Source: Parcubacteria group bacterium GW2011_GWD2_38_11 (GTDB lineage Bacteria > Patescibacteriota > Minisyncoccia > Moranbacterales > GWC2-37-73). Taken from it: a stretch of 60,994 nucleotides of DNA. The stretch covers positions 1-60,994 of the forward strand of contig LBTZ01000001.1 of assembly GCA_000992325.1 (NCBI GenBank). The letters are read 5' to 3'. Of the stretch, positions 17,514-26,088 are shown piece after piece; the stretch's first letter is position 1; every line of letters begins with the position of its first letter. The notes under the pieces are model-generated. The model searched no databases. It was not told the DNA's origin and saw nothing but the letters and a program-made list of their open reading frames with translations. The position numbers and the translations under genes were made by a program.

Positions 17514-17759
17514 ATGAAAAAGAAAATTCACCCCGAATATCACAGCGATGCAAAAATTATCTGTTCTTGTGGGGCAACACTGCAAACAGGTTCAACAATA
17601 AAAGAAATGAACGTTGAAATATGCTCAGCTTGTCATCCTTTTTACACTGGTAAAAAGAAGGTCCTAGACACAACTGGACGTGTTGATCGCTTCAAGAAAC
17701 TTGCTGAAAAAGCTGCTGCCAAGAAAGTTGCACCAAAAAAAGCACGAGTTAAAAAATAA
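17514..17759 (+). CDS. rpmE: 50S ribosomal protein L31
   Basis: MKKKIHPEY...CSCG...[22 protein letters not shown] is the canonical L31. Confidence 0.9.
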   Translation: MKKKIHPEYHSDAKIICSCGATLQTGSTIKEMNVEICSACHPFYTGKKKVLDTTGRVDRFKKLAEKAAAKKVAPKKARVKK

Positions 17760-17793
17760 GTAACCAAATAATCTTTCCGCTAGCATTATTCAG

Positions 17794-17821
17794 AAGAAGC
17801 CCTGTGGGGCTTCTTTTTTTG
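17794..17821 (+). terminator. Rho-independent terminator of rpmE
   Basis: agaagcccc-tgt-ggggcttct (9-bp stem) followed by T7. Confidence 0.8.
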
Positions 17822-17829
17822 TTGATAAA

Positions 17830-17858
17830 TTGACAATAAAGACATTGATTGATATATT
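17830..17858 (+). promoter_or_regulatory. Sigma70-type promoter
   Basis: TTGACA, a 17-nt spacer, then TATATT. Confidence 0.6.
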
Positions 17859-17864
17859 CTATGT

Positions 17865-17989
17865 GTTCGCCACCGGAATGGAGATATGCGAACCAAGGAC
17901 CCATATTCCACGGTTTATGGGAACCGAGACCACTCAGGGCAAGAATGCGGAACATCGCATGACTTGCTCGGGTGGTTTTTTATTTTTTT
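17865..17989 (+). ncRNA. ~125-nt terminated leader or small RNA upstream of prfA (class unknown)
   Basis: Three hairpins: GUUCGC..GCGAAC; CCCAU..AUGGG; and a long interrupted hairpin CCAC-GCAAG-AUGCG..CGCAU-CUUGC-GUGG followed by U5AU7. GC is above that of the flanks. Confidence 0.45.
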
Positions 17990-18030
17990 AGCTTTACAAT
18001 GCACCGAAAAAGCGCTACAATCCAATAGCT

Positions 18031-19104
18031 ATGAAAAATCAACTAGACGCAATAAAAAAGGAATACGATGAGATAACAGCTGAGCTAAGTTCTCCGGATA
18101 TTTTTAATAATGCCAAAAAAATGGCACAGCTTGGCAAGCGTCAAAGTGAACTTCAGGGTTTGATGCAAAAAATCAATGAGTATGAAAAAATCCAGCAAGA
18201 AATGAAAGGCAATGCTGAAATTATGAACACTGATGAAGATGCTGAAATGAAAGAGATGGCAACAACTGAAAACATCCAACTTGCGCAAAGAAAAGCCGAG
18301 ATTGAAAAAGAACTTGAAATTATGCTTTTACCAAAGGACCCCAATGATGACAAAAATATCATTGTGGAAATTCGTGGTGGCGCAGGTGGAGATGAATCTG
18401 CTCTTTTTGCCGCTAGCCTTTTTCGTATGTATTCCAAATTTGCTGAAAAAAATAATTGGAAATTAGATGTACTAAACTCAAATCGCACAGAATTAGGAGG
18501 ATTTAAAGAAGTTGTTTTCGAAATTAGCGGAACTCCTTCAAACCCAGTTTATCAAAAAATGAAATTTGAGTCCGGCGTGCATCGTGTGCAAAGAATTCCC
18601 GAGACTGAAAAACAAGGACGGATCCACACTTCAACCGCAACTGTCGCCGTTCTCGCCGAAGCTGAAGAAGTTGATTTGGTCATCAGTGAAAACGACTTGC
18701 GAATCGACACTTTTTGCTCGTCTGGTCCAGGTGGACAATCAGTAAACACAACCAAAAGCGCTGTGCGTATTACTCATATTCCAACTGGCGTGGTTGTTTC
18801 CTGCCAAGATGAAAAATCCCAACTAAAAAACAAAGACAAGGCTATGAAAGTTTTGCGCTCTCGCCTCTTGCAAGCTGAAGAAGAAAGAAAGGCCAAAGAA
18901 TTGGGAGATGCTCGCAAAAGCCAAGTTGGAACCGGCGATCGATCTGAAAAAATCAGAACGTACAACTATCCACAAGATCGCATCACCGACCATCGCATCA
19001 AGCAGTCTTGGAGTAATATGGAAGGAATTTTGGATGGAAACATCGACCCCATTATTGACGCTATTCGAGAAGAAGACATAAAGTTAAAAATGTCTAATTC
19101 CTAA
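18031..19104 (+). CDS. prfA: Peptide chain release factor 1
   Basis: GGQ motif ([11 protein letters not shown]), RF1-type P-x-T tripeptide ([14 protein letters not shown]), 357 aa. Confidence 0.95.
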   Translation: MKNQLDAIKKEYDEITAELSSPDIFNNAKKMAQLGKRQSELQGLMQKINEYEKIQQEMKGNAEIMNTDEDAEMKEMATTENIQLAQRKAEIEKELEIMLLPKDPNDDKNIIVEIRGGAGGDESALFAASLFRMYSKFAEKNNWKLDVLNSNRTELGGFKEVVFEISGTPSNPVYQKMKFESGVHRVQRIPETEKQGRIHTSTATVAVLAEAEEVDLVISENDLRIDTFCSSGPGGQSVNTTKSAVRITHIPTGVVVSCQDEKSQLKNKDKAMKVLRSRLLQAEEERKAKELGDARKSQVGTGDRSEKIRTYNYPQDRITDHRIKQSWSNMEGILDGNIDPIIDAIREEDIKLKMSNS

Positions 19105-19162
19105 TTTTTTGCCTCAAGCTTATCCTTTAAGGACTAATGTCCAATAAAATCTCAATTTCAAA

Positions 19163-20158
19163 ATGACAATTTCAGAAATTATCCAAAAATATAAAAATCA
19201 ACTAGACTATTTAGATTTAGAAATCCTAATAGCAAACTCTCTTGGTAAAACAAGGGAGTTTGTTTTAACGTACCCGGAGTTTAAAATTCCATCATTGAAA
19301 ATTGAAAATTTAAAATTGAAAATTGCCCGCAGGGTTAAGGGTGAGCCTATTGCTTATATACTTGGACACAAGGAGTTTTATGGATTGGATTTTATCGTAA
19401 ACAATCACACTCTAGTTCCAAGACCAGAAACAGAAATGATGGTCGAAATGGCAATTGCTGACTTACAACTTACAACTTACAACTTACAACAAGATACAAC
19501 ATTTATTGATGTTGGTACTGGCAGTGGAAATATTATCATTTCAATAGCAAACGAATTAGAAAAAACCAAAAACAGCCGTGTCATTCCGGACTTGATCCGG
19601 AATCCAGAACGGAGCACAAACCTGGATTCCAGCCTCCACGGGGATGACAGGGTTAAATACTTTGGAATTGACATAAGCAAAGAGGCTTTAATGATCGCCA
19701 AAAAAAATGCAAAAATAAATGGAGTTAATAAAAAAATTAAGTTTTTTTATGGATGTTTACTTGAACCATTTATTGGAAATTGCCCGCCTGCTTCGATATG
19801 CGAAGCATTTCGGGCAGGGAAATTGGAAATTGGAAATTCCACGATAGTAATCGTGGCTAATCTTCCCTATCTATCAAAAGAAATTTACAATTCCGCATTG
19901 ATTGATGTGAAAAAATTCGAACCAAAATCCGCACTATACAGCGCCGAGGCAGGGCTCTCCCATTATAAAAAACTATTAAAACAAATCAAAAAAATTTATG
20001 CTCCATATTCCATGTTACGTATTATATGTTTTTTTGAAATTAGTCCCGAGCAAAAACCTGCACTCACAAAACTCATCAAAAGTATCCTGCCTTCTGCCAA
20101 AATAGAATTCCAAAAAGACCTTGCCAAAAAATGGCGTGCTTGCAGAATAGAACTTTAG
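19163..20158 (+). CDS. prmC: Release-factor glutamine N5-methyltransferase (PrmC/HemK) carrying several in-frame repeat insertions
   Basis: VPRPETE, SAM motif DVGTGSGNI, catalytic NLPY (NPPY variant). It lies immediately after prfA. At 331 aa it is longer than I would expect for PrmC, and the excess maps to repeat elements. Confidence 0.85.
   Translation: MTISEIIQKYKNQLDYLDLEILIANSLGKTREFVLTYPEFKIPSLKIENLKLKIARRVKGEPIAYILGHKEFYGLDFIVNNHTLVPRPETEMMVEMAIADLQLTTYNLQQDTTFIDVGTGSGNIIISIANELEKTKNSRVIPDLIRNPERSTNLDSSLHGDDRVKYFGIDISKEALMIAKKNAKINGVNKKIKFFYGCLLEPFIGNCPPASICEAFRAGKLEIGNSTIVIVANLPYLSKEIYNSALIDVKKFEPKSALYSAEAGLSHYKKLLKQIKKIYAPYSMLRIICFFEISPEQKPALTKLIKSILPSAKIEFQKDLAKKWRACRIEL
19578..19650. 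mobile_element. Complete family A double-hairpin element inserted in-frame in prmC
   Basis: gtgtcattccggacttgatccggaatccag ... cctggattccagcctccacggggatgacag, translated as RVIPDLIRNPERSTNLDSSLHGDDR. Confidence 0.8.
19781..19819. repeat. Family B palindrome in-frame in prmC
   Basis: tgcccgcctgcttcgatatgcgaagcatttcgggcaggg, translated as CPPASICEAFRAG. Confidence 0.8.
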
Positions 20159-20265
20159 CAGTTCGTATACTTTTTATTTTTGCACTTAAAACAAGTCTCC
20201 CTGGTGTTGCTTTTAAAGGTTGCAATTGTTTTTCCGTGCAAAAATAAAAAGTATACGAACTGCGA
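20159..20265. mobile_element. Family E long-hairpin element, copy 2
   Basis: Arms gttcgtatactttttatttttgcac / gtgcaaaaataaaaagtatacgaac. Apical segment ...ggttgcaattgtttttcc. Confidence 0.7.
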
Positions 20266-20350
20266 TCTCAACTCACCTTATCTATCTTGATCACAAGACA
20301 TCTCTCCCAGAAAGAAAATTTTTGAAACAAAAAAATCATCACTTTAAGCA

Positions 20351-20383
20351 AACTAAAACCCGCCAAATTGGCGGGTTTTAGTT
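20351..20383. terminator. Bidirectional terminator
   Basis: aactaaaacccgcc-aaat-tggcgggttttagtt. Confidence 0.7.
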
Positions 20384-20442
20384 TGTTGATATATTCAAGC
20401 TTACAATGAAGCCAAAAAAATAAAAACTATATTAAAAGAATA

Positions 20443-20616
20443 TTACTTCTTTCGTTTTGCAACCTTCTTTGCTTTTTTTGCAACTTTCTTTGGAGCTGCT
20501 TTTTTAACTGCTTTTTTTACAGTTTTAACTGCTTTTTTTACAGCTTTTTTTGCAACTTTTTTAACTGCTTTTTTAACTGTCTTTTTTACAGCTTTTTTAG
20601 CTTTTTTTACTGCCAT
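20443..20616 (-). CDS. Lys/Ala-rich basic protein (57 aa, histone H1/Hc1-like composition), not in the ORF track
   Basis: Hand translation gives MAVKKAKKAVKKTVKKAVKKVAKKAVKKAVKTVKKAVKKAAPKKVAKKAKKVAKRKK. Strong SD aaaggaggtg 6 nt upstream of the ATG. Confidence 0.6.
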   Translation of the reverse strand: MAVKKAKKAVKKTVKKAVKKVAKKAVKKAVKTVKKAVKKAAPKKVAKKAKKVAKRKK

Positions 20617-21294
20617 GTGTGAAACACCTCCTTTCGTAAATTTGCTCTTATACGAGTATCAAGCAGGACTCGTCTGTCCCACACCTATTCCTTTTATTTT
20701 TTTGAAATCGTCAGAAAAGGTGTGGGTTAGAGTTAGAAAAAACTTGATACTTTTTGGAAAACAAATTATTTTAATTTTTATTTTCAAATGAACAAAAATA
20801 TTTTTAAAATATTTTTTCTTTAACTTAATTATAGTGGATATTTTATAAAAAGCAATGCAAAAAAGTTATCCACAGTCTTGAAAATTAAAAATTGAAAAAT
20901 CAAAATGAAAAATGACAATAAAAAAATATTAAATTTCAAATTCATATGATTTTATCTCCCATATTTACTAATTAAAAACAGTTTCATTTAAATCATACAA
21001 ACAAAAACTTAATTAATTTCAAAAAAAATAAACACTAACTATAAATAAATTTCCACACACAAATTAACACGACATTTTTAGAATAAAACAACATACTCAA
21101 TAAAAAAATATTTTATATGTTTTTGAATTTCTTATTTTTTAAATTTTAATTTATCATTTTTCATTTTAATTTTTTCATTTTTAATTCAGCAAATATCTTT
21201 ACGATATCAACGTATATTATTTTTACCATATTCCATATGTAGTATGTTGTATGTTTTACGCTTTATTACGCCAAAAAACAGACTTTTTGTCTAG

Positions 21295-21323
21295 TTGACG
21301 CTCGAATTTTGCTAAGATACAAT
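21295..21323 (+). promoter_or_regulatory. Sigma70-type promoter
   Basis: TTGACG, a 17-nt spacer, then TACAAT, about 165 nt upstream of the ATG at 21489. Confidence 0.55.
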
Positions 21324-21488
21324 AAAGTCACTAAAGGAAGAATTTATCCTGATCTTTTCGGGATAAAGCTTCAACGAAAGCGCCCTTTGACAATTAATCC
21401 GCTAATCTTGTATCCCCAGGGAAACAAGACAAGTCTGGCGCCCTAACCAGGCACGGGCAGTAAACTAGAAAGGAAGGTGACATCATAT

Positions 21489-22079
21489 ATGGAAGAATAC
21501 ACACCAGAATCACAAGAAGCAAAATCTGAGCAACTGAAAAGATGGTTTCAAGATAATCTTCGCATCATTATCAGTGTGGCGCTTGTTATAGTTATCGCAG
21601 GAGGAATTTATTCTTATTCAAAAAGAACAGATTCTCCAATCGTAGCTGACCAAAGCCAAGTAACTGATATTGAAGCTACTGAGGAAGGTCAAGCAGACGA
21701 AACTCCAGCAATCGAGAAAGCAGTTGCAGAAAACAAGGAGGCCAAACAAGAAGTATCCTCTGCAGCAGTAAGCAAAGAAACTGAAGGTTCATTTATTGAA
21801 ACCGCCGGAAGAAATGATAGCATTACTATTCTTGCTCGTAGAGCAACTGCAAATTATCTTGAAAAGAACCAGGACTCGGCTTTGACAAAGGAACATAAGA
21901 TCTATATTGAAGATTACCTAAGAAAAAACGTTTCACAAAAAGGTGGAGCTAAGATTGGAACATCCGTAGAATTTTCAAAAGATCTTATTCAGAAAGCAAT
22001 TGAGAAGTCCAAAACACTCAACGAAAACCAACTAAAGAATCTGCAAAAATATTCGGCTCGAGTGTCTTCACTGACATAA
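21489..22079 (+). CDS. Membrane-anchored hypothetical protein
   Basis: The ATG at 21489 is preceded by aaggaaggtga. One TM helix (IIISVALVIVIAGGIY), then an acidic linker and a C-terminal domain of ~90 aa. Confidence 0.6.
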   Translation: MEEYTPESQEAKSEQLKRWFQDNLRIIISVALVIVIAGGIYSYSKRTDSPIVADQSQVTDIEATEEGQADETPAIEKAVAENKEAKQEVSSAAVSKETEGSFIETAGRNDSITILARRATANYLEKNQDSALTKEHKIYIEDYLRKNVSQKGGAKIGTSVEFSKDLIQKAIEKSKTLNENQLKNLQKYSARVSSLT

Positions 22080-22134
22080 TAGACTATATTTAGTGCCTGA
22101 TTCGCAACTTAAGTATACTTTCGTTCTTTTCAGA

Positions 22135-22174
22135 AACAACATAAAACCCCGCAAACGCGGGGTTTTATGTTGTT
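22135..22174. terminator. Bidirectional terminator
   Basis: aacaacataaaaccccgc-aaac-gcggggttttatgttgtt. Confidence 0.75.
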
Positions 22175-22192
22175 TATTTTTACACATTCCAT

Positions 22193-22642
22193 TTAAAAAC
22201 TAGCAATATCCCCCACTTTTATTCCTAATTCATCCACACTTCCGGCATTAATCTCCAAGACCACATCAGCATTTTCAGTTGATACAACCGTGCCAACAAA
22301 ATCAGGATCCACATTTTTTTCCAAGTGCACGATTTTATTTTTCCCAATCCAGATGATATCAATTGGAAAATTCATATCTTTCATCCAAAAAGAATATCTG
22401 CCGGATTGTTGAAACTTAAAAAGCATCCCACATTCATCGCATAAACCATTTCTCTTTCCCAACCCCTTTTGCATTTTTTCACTATTTGACACAACCTCAG
22501 CTAGAAAAACCGCTTCTTTAATATTTACTGATACTATTTTATTACCAGCAAAAGAATAAATTCTTGTTGAAATATACTCAACCACAAATATAAGAAAAAC
22601 AATCACTAAAATCAGAACTGCTATTTTTTTTACCCTAGACAT
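22193..22642 (-). CDS. DUF192-family protein
   Basis: N-terminal TM, then MLFKF......FWMKDMNFPIDIIWI...VLEINAG, which matches my recollection of DUF192/COG1430. Confidence 0.6.
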   Translation of the reverse strand: MSRVKKIAVLILVIVFLIFVVEYISTRIYSFAGNKIVSVNIKEAVFLAEVVSNSEKMQKGLGKRNGLCDECGMLFKFQQSGRYSFWMKDMNFPIDIIWIGKNKIVHLEKNVDPDFVGTVVSTENADVVLEINAGSVDELGIKVGDIASF

Positions 22643-22656
22643 ATATCTGATATTTT

Positions 22657-23709
22657 TTAGAATAAATTCATTTTAACTTTTTTCAGTAATGTTATTTTAC
22701 GACGAATTGCAAAAAATACTCCCGTCATAAATACGGAGATTAGCATAAATGCAACAGCTTTTCCCAATGCATTTGTATTAAGCGCAATCACAGCAACTAG
22801 CGCAGTAACGCCATAATAAAATAAACAAATTTTTCTAGGAGACCATCCTAGTTCCAGCAACTTGAAATGCAAATGTCTTTTGTCCGCCGAAAAAATTGAA
22901 TCCCCCGCACTGAAGCGCTCACCAATAACCCAGAGCGCATCAATGATTGGTATAGCCAGCATAAGCAAAGTGGTAGCTATTTTGGCTCCAGCAAAAATAG
23001 CCAAAACTGCCAAAATAAATCCCATAAACATTGAGCCGCTCGTGCCAGCCAAAATTTTTGCAGGATGAAAATTAAAAAGTATAAATGCAACAAGTGAACC
23101 TATAAGAACAGCTGCAATAATACCGACTGGGGGTTGATTAACCTCTGGACGTAAACTCAAAAAAAATATGGTCAGCGCGCCAATAAAAGTGACGCCCCCA
23201 GAGACACCATCAATACCATCAACCCAATTCATAGCATTCATAAGAAAAACAACCCACACAATAGAAACAAGCAAACCAATAACATATCCAACGCCATCTT
23301 GAAACAAGAAGATACCACCAAAAGGATTACTCACGTATTGAAGTCGCACTCCTACTATATAAACAAATACTACAATAATTAATTGCAGCAAAAGTTGAGT
23401 TTTCCAAGATATTTGCCTGAAATCATCAACAACACCCAAAACTAAAATCGCAACGGATGCAAAAAGCACACCCAGTAAGGGCGTGCTTATCACCAATTGT
23501 TTATCTAAAAAGATTGCAGCCAAAAAAGATACAATCAGCGCCATTCCGCCAAGACGAGAAATTCCCTGCTTATGAAGATGTCTCTCGCAAGTTCTGGTAT
23601 CACAAACCGCATATTTGCGACCAGCCGCAATCAATACCATTAACAGCAATGCTGCGATTACAAAAGAAACAAGTAGTGGTATTAAAAAAAGAGAATAATT
23701 ACTGAACAT
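22657..23709 (-). CDS. Polyprenyl-phosphate N-acetylhexosamine-1-phosphate transferase (MraY/WecA family)
   Basis: Polytopic, 350 aa, with VVDDF and NAMNWVDGIDGVSGG motifs typical of the MraY/WecA superfamily. Confidence 0.8.
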   Translation of the reverse strand: MFSNYSLFLIPLLVSFVIAALLLMVLIAAGRKYAVCDTRTCERHLHKQGISRLGGMALIVSFLAAIFLDKQLVISTPLLGVLFASVAILVLGVVDDFRQISWKTQLLLQLIIVVFVYIVGVRLQYVSNPFGGIFLFQDGVGYVIGLLVSIVWVVFLMNAMNWVDGIDGVSGGVTFIGALTIFFLSLRPEVNQPPVGIIAAVLIGSLVAFILFNFHPAKILAGTSGSMFMGFILAVLAIFAGAKIATTLLMLAIPIIDALWVIGERFSAGDSIFSADKRHLHFKLLELGWSPRKICLFYYGVTALVAVIALNTNALGKAVAFMLISVFMTGVFFAIRRKITLLKKVKMNLF

Positions 23710-23721
23710 ATCTTATATTCA

Positions 23722-23837
23722 TGTCATTCCCGTGAAAACGGGAATCCAGACCCGACACCAATTTTACTATATTATTTGAAATAAGAAATTTTCCGAGACT
23801 AAGAAGGGCTGGATTCCCAGTCAAGCTGGGAATGACA
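23722..23837. mobile_element. Family A double-hairpin element (~115 nt)
   Basis: tgtcattcccgtgaaaacgggaatccag ... gggctggattcccagtcaagctggggaatgaca-type ends. The internal ~55 nt is homologous to the copy at 51917-52035. Confidence 0.8.
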
Positions 23838-23843
23838 AAGGTT

Positions 23844-25529
23844 TTATTTTTTACGTATTTTGTCTGTTACCCAAAATTCTCCAAAATATCGCTTAAACAA
23901 AATACGTGTCTGGGAATCAATAGCTGGAATTGCTCCAAGCGTAGGTGCAATAATTGGAGCCAAAAACCATTGCAAGAACATATAAATGTAACGCTTTTTT
24001 CCATATTTAGCGGGACGCGGAGGTAAAAGGACAAAGCTAAGAAACATAGAAATTACCAATCCACCCATTGCAAGAGTCATCAAATAACGAGTCACGAAAG
24101 GCAAATTATGCGCCAACACACTCTGATTAAATGTAGGCCCACCAAAGATAAGAGGAAGCCAACCCAGAAGTGCCAAGATGAAGGCTGAAGTTGCCCAGGA
24201 ATGATGACCTTCGATCATTTCAAATCCTATTCTGAATTTTTTGTAAAATGAAATTGTCTTATCTGGCCAAAGAGCTCGCATAATCACCGGGAAATTTTCA
24301 ATTCCATACGCCCAACGTCTTTTTTGTTTATACTGATTTTTAATAGTTTTCCAATATGTTTCAGCCAAAACTGCATCAAGAGAAATTGGCAAATAAATAG
24401 GTCTAACCATATAATCCCCATGATAATAAGCGTAACATTTCCAATATATAATAGAGTCTTCACTGATCATATCTAACGGCCAAAAATCAACCTTCACCAA
24501 AGTATCAAAAGGTTCAGAGTGCGACGAAAAAGTCACCATTTGCACACGTGTGCTTTGAAACATATGCCAAAATGATGAACCAGTCACAATCACACGCACA
24601 AAGGCGTTGGTGTCCCAAATATTATTGTGATACATCGGGAGAGGCTGATATGACCGCTGCAGGCGTTTTGGATCAGTGATGTATGCGTGCGTGAGCGCCG
24701 CAAAGTATTGGGGATGACAAACACTGTCACAATCAAAATTGGAAAAAATAACCCTCTTATAATCAATTTTTCTTTCATCCAAATAAATCATCAGCTTTTT
24801 GGCAGCATAAGTAGCATTAGATGCCTTGCATTTCATTTCATTTGATTGCACCTCATGAGTTGTCACCAAGAAATCTTTGAAAACACCTTTGAATTTTTTT
24901 TGCAAATAATCCACTTTCTCCAAACGTTGTTGTTCATTTTCACGCTCCTCCGTGGCCAAAAGAATAACAATCTGTTGATTTGGAAAATTACTCTCAGCAA
25001 CAGCTTGGATAGCTGGCTCAATTATTTCTGCCGGCTCATTGGCTGTTGGCAAAAGAACCACATTAACAACTTTTCGCCAATCCATAATCTCATTACCCTG
25101 TGCACAAATTTGAGCCACCTCTTTTTGATATTCAGAGAGACGATAAATTTCATTTTTTATCTTACGTCTCTCACCAAAAGCAGAGACTTCACGCAAACTT
25201 TGTTTGAAAGACTTTATTCTTTCCTCTATAGCCAAAGCGTATTCTTTGGGGTGCACAATGTTCTGACAGCGCTCCCACCAATCTATTTTTTTGCCATTTT
25301 GCAGTTTATTGTATGCAATAATCGAATAATACGTAATAAAAATAGTTCGATAAATCCAATAAATATCAAACATTATAATAAATACTGCAATCCAAATTGG
25401 CAAAACAAAAGAGGCTACCAGCATTCCAATAAGTGTAACCCAAGTCAAAATACCCGGAATCATTTCCAGTGTGCGCTGCACGCGCCATTGTTTTGGATCA
25501 GTTGTTTTTGGACTTGGGAAATAAAACAT
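23844..25529 (-). CDS. Membrane-embedded family 2 glycosyltransferase (cellulose/chitin synthase-like, processive type)
   Basis: TM helices flank a GT-A domain with LLPTANEP, FDCDS and the Q(K)RRW motif (QKRRWAYG). Confidence 0.75.
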   Translation of the reverse strand: MFYFPSPKTTDPKQWRVQRTLEMIPGILTWVTLIGMLVASFVLPIWIAVFIIMFDIYWIYRTIFITYYSIIAYNKLQNGKKIDWWERCQNIVHPKEYALAIEERIKSFKQSLREVSAFGERRKIKNEIYRLSEYQKEVAQICAQGNEIMDWRKVVNVVLLPTANEPAEIIEPAIQAVAESNFPNQQIVILLATEERENEQQRLEKVDYLQKKFKGVFKDFLVTTHEVQSNEMKCKASNATYAAKKLMIYLDERKIDYKRVIFSNFDCDSVCHPQYFAALTHAYITDPKRLQRSYQPLPMYHNNIWDTNAFVRVIVTGSSFWHMFQSTRVQMVTFSSHSEPFDTLVKVDFWPLDMISEDSIIYWKCYAYYHGDYMVRPIYLPISLDAVLAETYWKTIKNQYKQKRRWAYGIENFPVIMRALWPDKTISFYKKFRIGFEMIEGHHSWATSAFILALLGWLPLIFGGPTFNQSVLAHNLPFVTRYLMTLAMGGLVISMFLSFVLLPPRPAKYGKKRYIYMFLQWFLAPIIAPTLGAIPAIDSQTRILFKRYFGEFWVTDKIRKK

Positions 25530-25533
25530 TGAA

Positions 25534-25690
25534 TTAACTTACAACTTACAACTCATAACTCACAACATAAGATTAACTTACAAATCACGACTTACAAACT
25601 ACAACAGAAATGCATTCAAGATGTTGTTAGTTATTAGTTGTCGGTTGTTAGTTTTCGGTTGTTAGTTGTCAGTTATTAGTTGTGGGTTAG
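25534..25690. repeat. Low-complexity long inverted repeat built from (acaactt)n-like words (family D)
   Basis: aacttacaacttacaactcataactcacaac... is mirrored by ...gttgttagttattagttgtcggttgttagtt. Confidence 0.75.
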
Positions 25691-25692
25691 TT

Positions 25693-26088
25693 TTAGTAGT
25701 TTATCAATAAAAGGCTTGCAACCGCAATAGTGATGCAGATTTGAACTATAAAGGTCGCTAAAACCAGCAAATGAGCCACAATACGCTCCTTTTGTTGGTA
25801 AAATAAGTACCCCAGCACGGTATTTACACTCAAAATAACCAGCCCAATCAGAGGTAAAAAGTACATTTGCCACCATGCCCCAATCACATCCACCCCGAAA
25901 TATACATTATAGTGAAGTATTATAGGAAAATCAACTGGCCTAATAAAAAAAGCGATCAACCCCCAATTAAGAGCATTGATCAACAGCGCACCAATAAAAA
26001 CCCATTGAACCAATGAACTGCGAAAAAACTCCTGCGAAAAAAAGTATCTTAGTCTTAATTTTGTATTTTCAATTTTAAAAAAGTTCAT
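25693..26088 (-). CDS. Small polytopic membrane protein (4 predicted TM)
   Basis: 131-aa hydrophobic ORF overlapping the rmuC stop by 14 nt (operonic). Confidence 0.5.
   Translation of the reverse strand: MNFFKIENTKLRLRYFFSQEFFRSSLVQWVFIGALLINALNWGLIAFFIRPVDFPIILHYNVYFGVDVIGAWWQMYFLPLIGLVILSVNTVLGYLFYQQKERIVAHLLVLATFIVQICITIAVASLLLINY

Noticed and set aside
17865-17989. prfA-upstream RNA as the small (4.5S-type) SRP RNA.
   Set aside because: It has a long hairpin architecture and a partial ACCAAGGACCC resemblance. However, the apical loop is not a GNAR tetraloop closed as in helix 8, and the conserved GGAAGCAGC 3' strand is absent.
25534-25690. Repetitive arrays (also 34195-34331, 34776-34921, 59945-60083) as CRISPR arrays.
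   Set aside because: The units are 6-8-nt tandem words arranged as inverted repeats, not 25-40-nt direct repeats separated by unique spacers. There are no cas genes in the window.
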